Below, piece by piece: positions 9,590 through 18,610 of a stretch of 64,000 nt of DNA (position 1 is the stretch's first letter; each line of letters opens with the position of its first letter). The notes under the pieces are model-generated. The model had not been told where the DNA came from. It saw only the letters and a list, made by a program, of their open reading frames with translations, and made no database searches. The stretch lies in assembly GCA_031398695.1 (NCBI GenBank), contig JANNNU010000127.1, forward strand, positions 12,011 to 76,010, in the 5' to 3' direction. The stretch comes from Paracoccaceae bacterium (GTDB taxonomy: Bacteria > Pseudomonadota > Alphaproteobacteria > Rhodobacterales > Rhodobacteraceae). The position numbers were made by a program, and so were the translations under genes.

Positions 9590-10792
9590 TCATTCCGCCG
9601 CGAGCGGGACTGAGGTCTGGGCCACGCGCCCTTTGGTGTAATGCTGCATCGCCGCCGCCACGCCCGCGCCCAGCGGGATGCGCGCGCCCGCCTCGACCAG
9701 CGCCATTTCCGCGATGCCGAGAGCAGAGATCGTCATGCCTTCGTTCAGATCGCCCAGATGCCCGATGCGAAACACCTTGCCCGCCAGTTGCGCCAGACCG
9801 GACCCGAACGAGGCGTTGTAGCGGGCATAGGCGATGCGGATCACCTCGCGCGCGTCAACGCCCGGCGGGGTGCGGATCGCGGAAACCGTGTCGGAATACA
9901 AAGACGGATGTTCGGCGCACAGGGAAAGGCCCATCGCCGCCACGCCCTGCCGCACGCCTTCGGCCAGATGGCGGTGGCGGGTGATGACAGTGTCGAGCCC
10001 CTCCTCCAGCATCCGGTCCAGCGCGCGGCGCAACCCGTGCAGCAGCTGGGTGGGCGGGGTGTAGGGGAAATAGCCGGTCGCGTTCATCTGCAACTGGTCC
10101 TGAAACTCGAAATACGCGCGGCGCATCGTAGCGGTGCGGCTGACCTCGATCGCCTTCTGGCTGATCCCGAGGATCCCCAGACCGGCGGGAAGCATCAGGC
10201 CTTTCTGGCTGCCTGTGACGGCCAGATCGATGCCCCACTCCTCCATCCGGAAGTCGATGCAGCCGACAGAGGACACACCATCGACGAACAGCAACGCCTC
10301 GTGAAAACACTCGTCCATCACCCGGCGCACCGCCGCGATGTCCGACGTGACGCCGGTCGCGGTTTCGTTGTGCGTCACGAACACGCCCTTGATCTTGCCT
10401 TGTGTGTCGGCCCCCAGATGACGCGCGTATTCGCGCACCGGCACCCCCGCCCCCCACGCCACGTCGATGCAGATCACGTTCAGCCCCAGCCGCCACGCCA
10501 TGTCGACCCACAGGGTCGAAAACTGGCCAAACCGCGACATCAGCACCGTGTCGCCGGGGTTCAGGGTGTTGGTCATCGCCGCTTCCCACGCACCGGTGCC
10601 CGATCCGGGGAACAGCAGCACTTCGCCCGTCGTCGTCCGCAGCACCCGCTTCAGATCCCGAAACAGGCCCAGCGTCAGGTCGCCGAAATCCGGCGCGCGC
10701 ATGTCCTGCATCGGCACGTTCATGGCTTGGCGCACCACCTCTGGCACGTTGGTCGGACCTGGAATGAAAAGATGATTGATGCCGGTCTTCAT
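9590..10792 (-). CDS. sga: serine--glyoxylate / alanine--glyoxylate aminotransferase (class V PLP enzyme)
   Basis: MKTGINHLFIPGPTNVPEVVRQAM... is a class V aminotransferase N-terminus, and SQKGLMLPAGLG is the PLP-Lys region. Start at ATG 10792, preceded by GGAGG. It lies upstream of mcl-mtkAB. Confidence 0.8.
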   Translation of the reverse strand: MKTGINHLFIPGPTNVPEVVRQAMNVPMQDMRAPDFGDLTLGLFRDLKRVLRTTTGEVLLFPGSGTGAWEAAMTNTLNPGDTVLMSRFGQFSTLWVDMAWRLGLNVICIDVAWGAGVPVREYARHLGADTQGKIKGVFVTHNETATGVTSDIAAVRRVMDECFHEALLFVDGVSSVGCIDFRMEEWGIDLAVTGSQKGLMLPAGLGILGISQKAIEVSRTATMRRAYFEFQDQLQMNATGYFPYTPPTQLLHGLRRALDRMLEEGLDTVITRHRHLAEGVRQGVAAMGLSLCAEHPSLYSDTVSAIRTPPGVDAREVIRIAYARYNASFGSGLAQLAGKVFRIGHLGDLNEGMTISALGIAEMALVEAGARIPLGAGVAAAMQHYTKGRVAQTSVPLAAE

Positions 10793-10869
10793 GTCGCCTC
10801 CCCGCGCCACAGTGGCTTAGGGTCGTCATGTCATTCCGTTGCGCCGATGCAAAATGAAAGCGGGTTGTG

Positions 10870-10916
10870 CTGTAACTGCGAGAATTTACAGAAGGCCAAT
10901 TATGTAATATTGTAAT
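10870..10916. promoter_or_regulatory. candidate operator: four TGTAA/TTACA half-sites in the AT-rich sga/regulator divergent region
   Basis: Inverted repeat CTGTAA (10870-10875) / TTACAG (10886-10891), plus direct TGTAAT at 10903-10908 and 10911-10916. This is the lowest-GC stretch of the intergenic region. Confidence 0.3.
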
Positions 10917-10946
10917 GATAACAAACCCGAGATTGTGTACGCCTGC

Positions 10947-12347
10947 ATGCAGAAAACCTTCATCGGACCGCACTTGCGCCGCCTGCGGGCGGACAAAGGC
11001 CAGACCCAAGGCCAGATGGCCAAGGCGTTGGGCGTATCGCCCACCTATGTCAACCTGATGGAAAGTAACCAAAGATCGGTGTCGGTGGCGATATTGCTGC
11101 GGCTGTTCGAGGTGTACGGCGTCGACTGGCGCGACATCTCGCAAGACGACGACGTGGTGCATCTGGCCGATCTGAAGACGGTGATGCAGGACCCGCTGTT
11201 CGGGCCGGAAAAGCCCGACCTGCAACAGATGCGCGCCGCGCTGGTGCACAGCCCGGCCCTGGTGCAGGCGATGTTGCAGTTGCACCGCGCGTATCAATCC
11301 GCCGCCGATCTGGCGCTCAGCCTCGCCGAAGGCGGCACGGCCCCGGTCGACAGCACCACCCCGGACGCGGCCGTGCACAATTGCTTTCGCCGAAACCGCA
11401 ACCATTTTCGCGCGCTGGAAACCGCGGCCGAAGGATTTTGGGGCGGGGCGCCGCCCGAACGGGACGAGATTTATATCGCGCTCAAGCAGCACCTGCGCGC
11501 GTCGCTGGGCATCACGGTGCGGCTGGTGGCGGTGCGTGACCTGCCCGGCGCGCTGCGGCAGTACGACGAGGCGCGGCGCGAGATCCTGCTGTCCGAGGCG
11601 CTGGACCACACCAACCGCATCTTCCAGTTGGTCCATATGGCGGGATTGCTGGCGCACAAGCGGGTGCTCGACGATCTGATCGCGCAATCGGGGCTGGACC
11701 AGCAGCGCGCGGTGTCGCGGCTGCGAGTCGAGTTGGCCAACTATTTCGCCGCCGCCGTGCTGATGCCCTATGACGCCTTTCTGGCCGAGGCGCGGGCGAC
11801 GAAATACGACCTCGACCACCTCGCCACCCGGTTCGGCGTCAGTTTCGAGCAGGCCTGCCACCGCGCGACCACCCTGCAACGCGAAGGCGCGCAGGGGGTG
11901 CCGTTCTTTTTCCTGCGCATCGACAAGGGCGGCAACGTGACCAAGCGGTTCAACGCGACCAGCTTTCATCTGGCCGAATATGGCGGGGCCTGTCCGCGGC
12001 TGGACGTGCACACCAGTTTCCGCATGCCGGGCCGGATCATTCCGCAATTCGTCGAAATGCCGGATGCCAGCCGGTATTTCGTGTTTTCGCGCACGGTGGA
12101 CCGCCCCACGTTCGAACGCCATGGGCAGGACAACCGGCTGGCCGTCGCGATGGGGTGCGCGTTTTCCGATGCGGCCCAGATCGGCTACGCCGAAGCCTAT
12201 CAGCTGGCCGAGGCGCAGATGACCAAGATCGGCATCAACTGCCGGATCTGCCCGCGCGGCGATTGTGACCAGCGCGCGCATCAGGCCGCCCTGCGGGTGC
12301 AGCCGGTCGATGAAAAACGGCGCGGGGCCACGCGGTTCGACACGTAG
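10947..12347 (+). CDS. XRE-type HTH regulator with ImmA/IrrE-like peptidase and DUF2083-like domains (ScfR/RamB/PrpR short-chain acyl-CoA regulator family)
   Basis: The N-terminus LRRLRADKGQTQGQMAKALGVSPTYVNLMESNQRSVS is a Cro/C1 HTH, followed by a long C-terminal domain with a Cys cluster (CPRLDVH...CRICPRGDCDQRAH). ATG at 10947; the track start at 10935 is GTG. Confidence 0.75.
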   Translation: MQKTFIGPHLRRLRADKGQTQGQMAKALGVSPTYVNLMESNQRSVSVAILLRLFEVYGVDWRDISQDDDVVHLADLKTVMQDPLFGPEKPDLQQMRAALVHSPALVQAMLQLHRAYQSAADLALSLAEGGTAPVDSTTPDAAVHNCFRRNRNHFRALETAAEGFWGGAPPERDEIYIALKQHLRASLGITVRLVAVRDLPGALRQYDEARREILLSEALDHTNRIFQLVHMAGLLAHKRVLDDLIAQSGLDQQRAVSRLRVELANYFAAAVLMPYDAFLAEARATKYDLDHLATRFGVSFEQACHRATTLQREGAQGVPFFFLRIDKGGNVTKRFNATSFHLAEYGGACPRLDVHTSFRMPGRIIPQFVEMPDASRYFVFSRTVDRPTFERHGQDNRLAVAMGCAFSDAAQIGYAEAYQLAEAQMTKIGINCRICPRGDCDQRAHQAALRVQPVDEKRRGATRFDT

Positions 12348-12373
12348 GCAAACGCAGCGGCACTGCGCGACAG

Positions 12374-14379
12374 CTACCGACCCGCACGCGGGCTGTCGCC
12401 TGCACTCCACCGGCGATAGGGGCGCGATGGCGGGCCGTAATCGGTCTCGACCGCAACCCGACGGCCGACGCCGCCGATCAGATCGGGAATCAGCGTCACC
12501 AGCTCGATCAGGCCTGCGTGGCCCAGCGAGCGCAAGGCGACGGGTCCGGGATACAGGGTTTCGGTCGGGATGCCTTCGGTAAACACGATCTCGTGCCGGT
12601 CGCACAGGACATGCACATAGGTGACGGTCTGCGCCTTTTCGTCGATCCGAAGGGCCGGACGGCTCCAGGCTTGCACCAGATGCTTGGCGCGGACCAGCGC
12701 GCCGTTGACCAGAAAGCCGTGCTGCGGCGACACGCGGGTCGTCCGACCGTTGCCAAGCGCGCCCTTGCGCAGCATCACGGGCCGCAGATCGGGCCGTGCC
12801 GCAAGATCGGCAGCGTCCAGCGTGCGGCATCCGACCCAGCGGACCGGCTGATCGCCATGATCCAGCGTGCGCACCCGGTGACCGGGGCGCAACCGTTCGA
12901 CGGAAACCGGGCCTGCGTCCGTGGCGATCTGCACGCCGGGGGTGAAGCAGGGAATGCCTGCGGCGTTCAGCCTGCCCGGTGCCTGCGCCTGCACCGGACT
13001 GACGCCTTGCAGCGTGATCGTCTCGATACCCGGAAAGTTCAGCACCGCATTGCCGAACCCGTCATCGGTCACGACGATGTCGAACACCCGGACCGCCGAG
13101 CCGTTCGGGTTCTGCAGATCCGAAACGTCGAACTGGTCGTTGTTCAACCCGTCCCCGTCAGCATCCCCCAGATCGAAATCGGTGACGACATCGCGGCCCG
13201 ATCCGGTTTCGAAGCGAAACTTGTCGTTTCCCGCGCCGGCGTTGCCCGACAACTGCACCGCGGTCGTGTTGGCTGCGGCGTTCATCGTGTCGGTATAAGC
13301 GGTGCCGTAGACACCATCGTTCCCGGTAAAGTCACCCGAAGCATCGTTCATGCCGTTGAACCCGTAGGTGCCCGCGTCGTTTCCGGTGAAGGTCACGGTG
13401 ACGCCATCCGTGCCGATGTAGTTGCCGAACTCGATCCGGTCGAAGTCGCCGGTCTCTTCGCCGCCATAAGCCGAGTCGATCTGGTGATCCTCGCTGACCC
13501 ACATCACGTCATTGCCCGTGCCGCCGTAGACCTGATCCTTGCCTGTCCCGCCGGACAGCTGATCATTGCCCGCGTCGCCGTGGACCTGGTCTTTGCCACC
13601 GGCACTGATCAGAGTGTCATCGCCGTCGCCGCCATACACCGTGTCGTCGCCGCCATAGGTGTTCCAGTCGCCAAACCGGTCGTGGCCCGCCCCGACAAAG
13701 AATTGTTCGTTGCCATCGCCCCCCGAGGCGCTGTCGGCGCCGTCACCGGCATAGATCGCATCGTTGCCGCCGCCCGCGGCGACCGTGTCGTTGCCGGACC
13801 CGGCGGTGATACTATAAATGCCGGTCGAAATCTGGTCGCCCTGCGCGTCGGTATACCCAACCGCCATCGAATTCGCCCCGGCGGTTCCATCCACCATGGC
13901 CTTGAAATCGCCCGCAACCCGGTCCGCCTACATGTCGCCGCTGTTGCTCACGACACTGTTCAGCGTCAGCGACTGGATGGGCTTTGCGGTCAGTGCCACC
14001 TGATCGGCGTTGTTCGTCTCTTCCGGAACCAGATACGTGTTACCATTCACGTCCTGCATGACGGTGGCGGGATGACGGCGGTGGTGCCGTCTTCATAGGT
14101 GATGGTGGCGTTGCAGGTCGCCACGGCGTCGAAATTCTGCGGCGTGACGCCGTTGATCCGGAACTAGTCGAAGCCACCGCCATTGTCGGTGTCATAGCTG
14201 GCGTTGTCTTCCTCGCTCATCCGATCGGCCGTCAGGTTGCGGACGTTGCTGCTGAGCGGGGCCGTGCTGGAGCCGTGTGTGCCCAGCAGGACGCCCGCGT
14301 TTTAGGCGACTTCATTGTTCTGGGTCGGGTCGATCTTGGTCAGCGTTCCCAGAAAGATGACTTCGTAACTGGTCGCCAT
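12374..14379 (-). pseudogene. RTX calcium-binding repeat + C-terminal Hint (Hedgehog/intein-like) domain protein, 5' region disrupted
   Basis: The minus strand ATG at 14379 opens MATSYEVIFLGTLTKIDPTQNNEVA*NAGVLLG... Four lesions follow: an in-frame TAA (14304-14302), a TAG (14166-14164), a frame change near 14066-14073, and a TAG (13930-13928). After them comes the intact 507-codon ORF 13897-12374, with GGxGxD nonapeptides and the Hint motif CFTPGVQIATDAGPVSVERLRPGHRVRTLDHG. Confidence 0.8.
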
Positions 14380-14597
14380 GCGGGTGGGGTGCCTTTTGTC
14401 GTCTGATCCTTCAATGGCGACGGCCGTCACGGCCCGCGCAGCCTGACAGCCGGACAGGATGTGTTAACATCCGCAAAACGGGAACGGCACTTTTGCCACG
14501 CGGTCATGGCGGTGGCGCAGGGCGGCGCGTCAGCGGTCGCAGGGTTTCAGGGCCGGGGGAAATGGCCCATTGGCAGGTCCGAAACCCGGATCCGCGT

Positions 14598-15680
14598 CTA
14601 TCGCACCTTCAGCGTGGCCAGTCCGATCATCGCGAGGATCAGGCTGATGATCCAGAATCGGATCACGATCTGCGGTTCTGCCCAGCCCTTCTTTTCGAAA
14701 TGGTGATGGATCGGTGCCATCAGAAACACCCGCTTGCCGGTGCGCTTGAAATACAGCACCTGGATGATGACCGACAGCGCCTCGACGACGAACAGGCCAC
14801 CGACGATGGCAAGGACGATCTCGTGCTTGGTGCAGACGGCGATCGCCCCGAGGGCACCCCCAAGGGCAAGGCTGCCGGTGTCGCCCATGAACACCGCTGC
14901 TGGGGGTGCGTTGTACCACAAAAAACCCAGCCCGCCGCCGAACAGGGCCGCCGCGAACACCAGCAACTCGCCGGTGCCCGGCACGAAGTGCACGCCAAGG
15001 TAGTCGGCAAAGTTCGCGTTGCCGACCACATAGGAAATCACGCCCAGCGTGCCGCCCGCGATCATCACCGGCATGATGGCAAGCCCGTCGAGCCCATCGG
15101 TCAGGTTCACGGCATTGGCCGACCCGACGATCACCACCATCCCGAACGGAACGAAGAAGATCCCGAGGTTGACGAGAAGGTTTTTGAACAGCGGCAAGGC
15201 CAGCTGGTGCGTCAGCTCGACCGGATGAAAGCTGGCGGCAGCATAGGCGGCAAGCCCCGCGATCCCCAGACCGGCGATGAACCGGACGCGCGACGAGACG
15301 CCCTTGGTGGTCTGCTTGGTCACCTTGGCATAGTCGTCGGCAAAGCCGATCAACCCGAACGCCAGCGTCACCAGCAGCACGATCCACACGTAAGGCGTGT
15401 CGAGCCGGGCCCAGACCAAAGTCGAAAACACCAGCGCCGACAGGATCAGCAGCCCGCCCATTGTCGGGGTTCCAGCCTTGACGAAATGGCTGGCGGGACC
15501 GTCGTCGCGGATCGGCTGGCCCTTGCCCTGCTTGCGGCGCAACAGGTCAATCAGGGGGCGGCCAAAGATGAATCCGAACACCAGCGCGGTCAGAAAGGCG
15601 GCCCCGGCGCGAAAGGTGATGTAGCGAAACAGGTTGAAAAAATCGCCCCCCGCAGAGAACTCGGTCAGCCAGTACAACAT
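14598..15680 (-). CDS. mraY: phospho-N-acetylmuramoyl-pentapeptide transferase
   Basis: 360-aa polytopic protein with a canonical MraY sequence (MLYWLTEF...[10 protein letters not shown]...HHHFE), in dcw context. Confidence 0.95.
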   Translation of the reverse strand: MLYWLTEFSAGGDFFNLFRYITFRAGAAFLTALVFGFIFGRPLIDLLRRKQGKGQPIRDDGPASHFVKAGTPTMGGLLILSALVFSTLVWARLDTPYVWIVLLVTLAFGLIGFADDYAKVTKQTTKGVSSRVRFIAGLGIAGLAAYAAASFHPVELTHQLALPLFKNLLVNLGIFFVPFGMVVIVGSANAVNLTDGLDGLAIMPVMIAGGTLGVISYVVGNANFADYLGVHFVPGTGELLVFAAALFGGGLGFLWYNAPPAAVFMGDTGSLALGGALGAIAVCTKHEIVLAIVGGLFVVEALSVIIQVLYFKRTGKRVFLMAPIHHHFEKKGWAEPQIVIRFWIISLILAMIGLATLKVR

Positions 15681-17123
15681 TCACGCCTCTCCTTGGGCAT
15701 TGGTCGGGCCGCCGTGCCCCAATTTTCGCAGGGCGTCAACGACAAGACTGACTTTGATCCCTTTGGACCCCTTGACCAGAACGATGTCGCCCGCGTCGAT
15801 CAGGCTTCGCGCGCGGGCGGCCAGATCGGCGGCGGTGTCGGTGTGTTCGCCGCGCTGGCGCAGCGGCAGGGTCTGCCAAAGCGCGCGCATCCGCGGTCCG
15901 ACGCAGTGGATGCGGTCGATCGCGGCAAGGCCGGGGTGGCGGGCAATGGCGCGGTGCAGGTCGATCTCGGTCGGTCCAAGTTCCAGCATGTCGCCCAGGA
16001 TGGCGATGCGACGACCCGCGCCGATGCTGCCCTGGTTGTCGTCCGGTTCGGCGGCGATCAGCACATCGAGGCTGGCGGCCATCGAGGTAGGGTTTGCGTT
16101 GAACGCATCGTCGATCAGGTCGAACGAGGTTTCGTCCACTACATCCAGAACCACACGCTCGCGCGTGCCGCGCCCGGTGGGGGGCGTCCAGTTGCCGATG
16201 TCGTTGGCCGCGATGGCGGCATCGAGGCCCAGCGCATCGGCGCAGGCGAGCGCTGCCAGCGCGTTGGCGGCAAAGTGCCGGCCCGGAGAGCGCACCTTGA
16301 ACAGAAGGGGCGTGCCGTGGCGCGTCGCCTGCACGATGGTGGTGTCGTCGGTCAGGGTGATGGTGACGATGCGGTAATCGGCCGAGGCAGCCGCGCCGAA
16401 CGTCTGCGCGCGGGCACCAGTGGCCGCAGCCCTGTCGGTCAGGATCGCGGCCTCTGCGATGTCGGCGGGCAGAATGGCGGTGCCGCCCGGCTCCAGCCCG
16501 TCAACGATCGCGGCCTTTTCGCGCGCGATGTCCGTCACGCTGGCGAACGCCTCCAGATGCGCCGCGCCGACGGTGGTGATCAGCGCGACATGGGGGCGGG
16601 CCAGGCGCGCCAGCGGGGCAATCTCGCCGGGGTGGTTCATGCCGATCTCGATCACCGCAAATTGGGTGTCGGGGGGCATCCGCGCCAGCGTCAGCGGCAC
16701 GCCCCAGTGGTTGTTGTAGCTCGCCTCGGCGGCATGGGTGTGGCCTTGGCCCTGCAGGATGGCGCGCAGCATTTCCTTGGTCGAGGTCTTCCCGACCGAT
16801 CCGGTGACGCCCACGACCTTCGCCTGCGACCGGGCCCGCGCGAACCGCCCGAGATCGGCCAGCGCCGCCAGCACATCGGGCACGATCAGCAGCGCAGCGT
16901 CCTTGGCGACACCATCCGGAACGCGGCTGACCAGCGCGGCGGCGGCGCCCTTGGCCAGCGCGGCCGCCACGAAATCGTGGCCGTCGCGCACGTCCGTCAG
17001 TGCGACGAACAGATCGCCGGGCTGCAACGTGCGGGTGTCGATCGAAACGCCGCTTGCGGTCCAGGCCCGCGTGCTGCGACCCGCTGTCGCCGTTGCAGCG
17101 TCTGCCGAGGTCCACAACATCAC
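15681..17123 (-). CDS. murF: UDP-N-acetylmuramoyl-tripeptide--D-alanyl-D-alanine ligase
   Basis: Mur ligase with P-loop VGVTGSVGKTSTKE, positioned between murE and mraY. Confidence 0.9.
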   Translation of the reverse strand: MMLWTSADAATATAGRSTRAWTASGVSIDTRTLQPGDLFVALTDVRDGHDFVAAALAKGAAAALVSRVPDGVAKDAALLIVPDVLAALADLGRFARARSQAKVVGVTGSVGKTSTKEMLRAILQGQGHTHAAEASYNNHWGVPLTLARMPPDTQFAVIEIGMNHPGEIAPLARLARPHVALITTVGAAHLEAFASVTDIAREKAAIVDGLEPGGTAILPADIAEAAILTDRAAATGARAQTFGAAASADYRIVTITLTDDTTIVQATRHGTPLLFKVRSPGRHFAANALAALACADALGLDAAIAANDIGNWTPPTGRGTRERVVLDVVDETSFDLIDDAFNANPTSMAASLDVLIAAEPDDNQGSIGAGRRIAILGDMLELGPTEIDLHRAIARHPGLAAIDRIHCVGPRMRALWQTLPLRQRGEHTDTAADLAARARSLIDAGDIVLVKGSKGIKVSLVVDALRKLGHGGPTNAQGEA

Positions 17124-18601
17124 AGCATCCCGTCCAGCGCCGCGACCGCGATGCTGGCCTGTTCCACATCGTCGAACGGATAGGTCTGGCCGGCGATGGT
17201 CTGGCCGGATTCGTGTCCCTTGCCCGCAATCAGCAGCGCGTCGCCGGGTCCCAGTGCATCGACCCCCATCAGGATCGCCTCAGCGCGGTCGCCCACCTCG
17301 TTCGCGTCGGGGCAGGCGGCCAGGATCGCGGCGCGGATGGTGGCCGGATCCTCGGACCGGGGGTTGTCGTCGCTGACGAACAGAACGTCGGCATGCGCCG
17401 CCGCCGCCTGCCCCATCAACGGCCGCTTGCCCCGGTCGCGGTCGCCGCCCGCACCGAAAACGATGACGATCCGACCCATGACATGCGGGCGCAGCGCCTT
17501 CAGCGCCGTGGCGATGGCGTCGGGGGTGTGGGCATAGTCGACATAGACCGCGGCCCCGTTGGCCCGCTTGGCGGCCAGTTGCATCCGGCCGCGCACCCCG
17601 GTCAGTTGCGGCAGCACGCGCATCACGTCGGCCGGAACCTCGCCCGCCGCGATCACCAGACCGGCGGCCAGCGCCACGTTCTCGGCCTGAAAGCCGCCGA
17701 CGAGGTTGAGGTGCACCTGATGCGCCGTGCCCTTCCACAGAAACCGCACGTCCTGCCCGGTGGCATCGAAGCGTTGGCCCGCGATCTGCAGATCGGTCCC
17801 CTGACCCGGCCCCACGCTCAGCAGCGTCTGGCCCCGCGCGACGGCGACCATCGCCATGTCGTGCCCGCGCGGGTCGGCCATGTTGATCACCGCCGTGCCA
17901 TCCTCGGGCAGAACGCGGTCGAACAGGGCGGCCTTGGCGGTGAAGTAGGCCTCGAACGTGCCGTGATAGTCGAGGTGGTCCTGAGTGAAGTTGGTGAAAC
18001 CGGCCGCCTTGAGGCGCACGCCATCGAGACGACGCTGGTCGAGGCCGTGGCTCGAAGCCTCCATCGCTGCATGGGTTACGCCGGCGGCGGCGGCCTCGGC
18101 CAGCATCGCGTGCAGGGTGATCGGGTCGGGGGTGGTATGGGCGCTCGGGGCCTCCCACGCGCCCTCGATGCCGGTCGTGCCGATGTTGATCGCGGCATGG
18201 CCAAGGGCAGTCCAGATCTGGCGGGCAAAGGTGGCGACCGAGGTCTTGCCGTTGGTGCCGGTGACGGCCACCATCGTGCCGGGTTGGCGGACGGACCACA
18301 ACGAGGCGGCGCGGGCCAAGGCCTCGCGCGGGTCTTCGGCGATGACCACGGCCACGTCCGAAGTGCGCAGCACGTCCGCCGCGAGTACAGACCCCCGCGC
18401 ATCGGTCAGGATCGCCGCCGCGCCTTTCGCGATGGCCACATCGACAAAGGCCGCCCCATGCACCGTGCTGCCCGGAAGAGCCGCAAAAAGAAACCCCGGA
18501 CGCACCTGACGGCTGTCGACCGCCAGCCCGGTGACGGCGGCCAGCCGCCCCGACCGGGCGGTCAGGCCCAGATCGGCGAGTGATTTCTGCGCTGCGGCCA
18601 T
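17120..18601 (-). CDS. murE: UDP-N-acetylmuramoyl-L-alanyl-D-glutamate--2,6-diaminopimelate ligase
   Basis: Mur ligase (VAVTGTNGKTS) with a DNPR motif (SDDNPRSEDP). Its end overlaps the murF start by 4 nt. Confidence 0.9.
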   Translation of the reverse strand: MAAAQKSLADLGLTARSGRLAAVTGLAVDSRQVRPGFLFAALPGSTVHGAAFVDVAIAKGAAAILTDARGSVLAADVLRTSDVAVVIAEDPREALARAASLWSVRQPGTMVAVTGTNGKTSVATFARQIWTALGHAAINIGTTGIEGAWEAPSAHTTPDPITLHAMLAEAAAAGVTHAAMEASSHGLDQRRLDGVRLKAAGFTNFTQDHLDYHGTFEAYFTAKAALFDRVLPEDGTAVINMADPRGHDMAMVAVARGQTLLSVGPGQGTDLQIAGQRFDATGQDVRFLWKGTAHQVHLNLVGGFQAENVALAAGLVIAAGEVPADVMRVLPQLTGVRGRMQLAAKRANGAAVYVDYAHTPDAIATALKALRPHVMGRIVIVFGAGGDRDRGKRPLMGQAAAAHADVLFVSDDNPRSEDPATIRAAILAACPDANEVGDRAEAILMGVDALGPGDALLIAGKGHESGQTIAGQTYPFDDVEQASIAVAALDGML

Positions 18602-18610
18602 GCCATCCCC

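Noticed and set aside
9855-12830. Very long ORFs in the track: 991 aa at 9855-12830 (-), 896 aa at 14493-17183 (+), 677 aa at 2680-4713 (+) and 24875-26908 (-), 738 aa at 54249-56465 (+), 598 aa at 35013-36809 (-), 741 aa at 35972-38197 (+), and many ORFs of 100-500 aa rich in R/P/A/G.
   Set aside because: They lie antisense to, or out of frame with, genes that have clear family signatures. Their composition is the Arg/Pro/Ala/Gly-rich type typical of shadow ORFs in high-GC DNA. Some are chimeras of an upstream non-coding frame with a real gene; for example 35972-38197 contains the real GH4 gene only from 36842.
12374-13897. Treating the 507-aa ORF as a complete RTX/Hint gene.
   Set aside because: The sequence upstream of its ATG continues in protein-like frames back to an ATG at 14379, interrupted only by three stops and one frameshift. 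The ORF is therefore the 3' remnant of a larger gene, although re-initiation at 13897 cannot be excluded.
13928-14304. Programmed recoding (stop-codon read-through, pyrrolysine/selenocysteine or a suppressor tRNA) as the explanation for the in-frame TAA/TAG codons here and at 39408-39410.
   Set aside because: None of the codons is UGA, so selenocysteine is excluded. No SECIS- or PYLIS-like context is evident, and a frameshift accompanies the stops in the RTX/Hint gene. Other genes in the window terminate normally at TAA and TAG (for example mraY at TAG, ccaF1 at TAA). Plain mutation or a sequence error is more economical.
14380-14597. A possible terminator or small RNA in the 218-bp spacer between mraY and the RTX/Hint pseudogene.
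   Set aside because: Only short, weak hairpins are present (6-bp GGATGT/ACATCC and 4-bp GGCA/TGCC followed by a modest T-rich stretch). This is not enough to call a feature.
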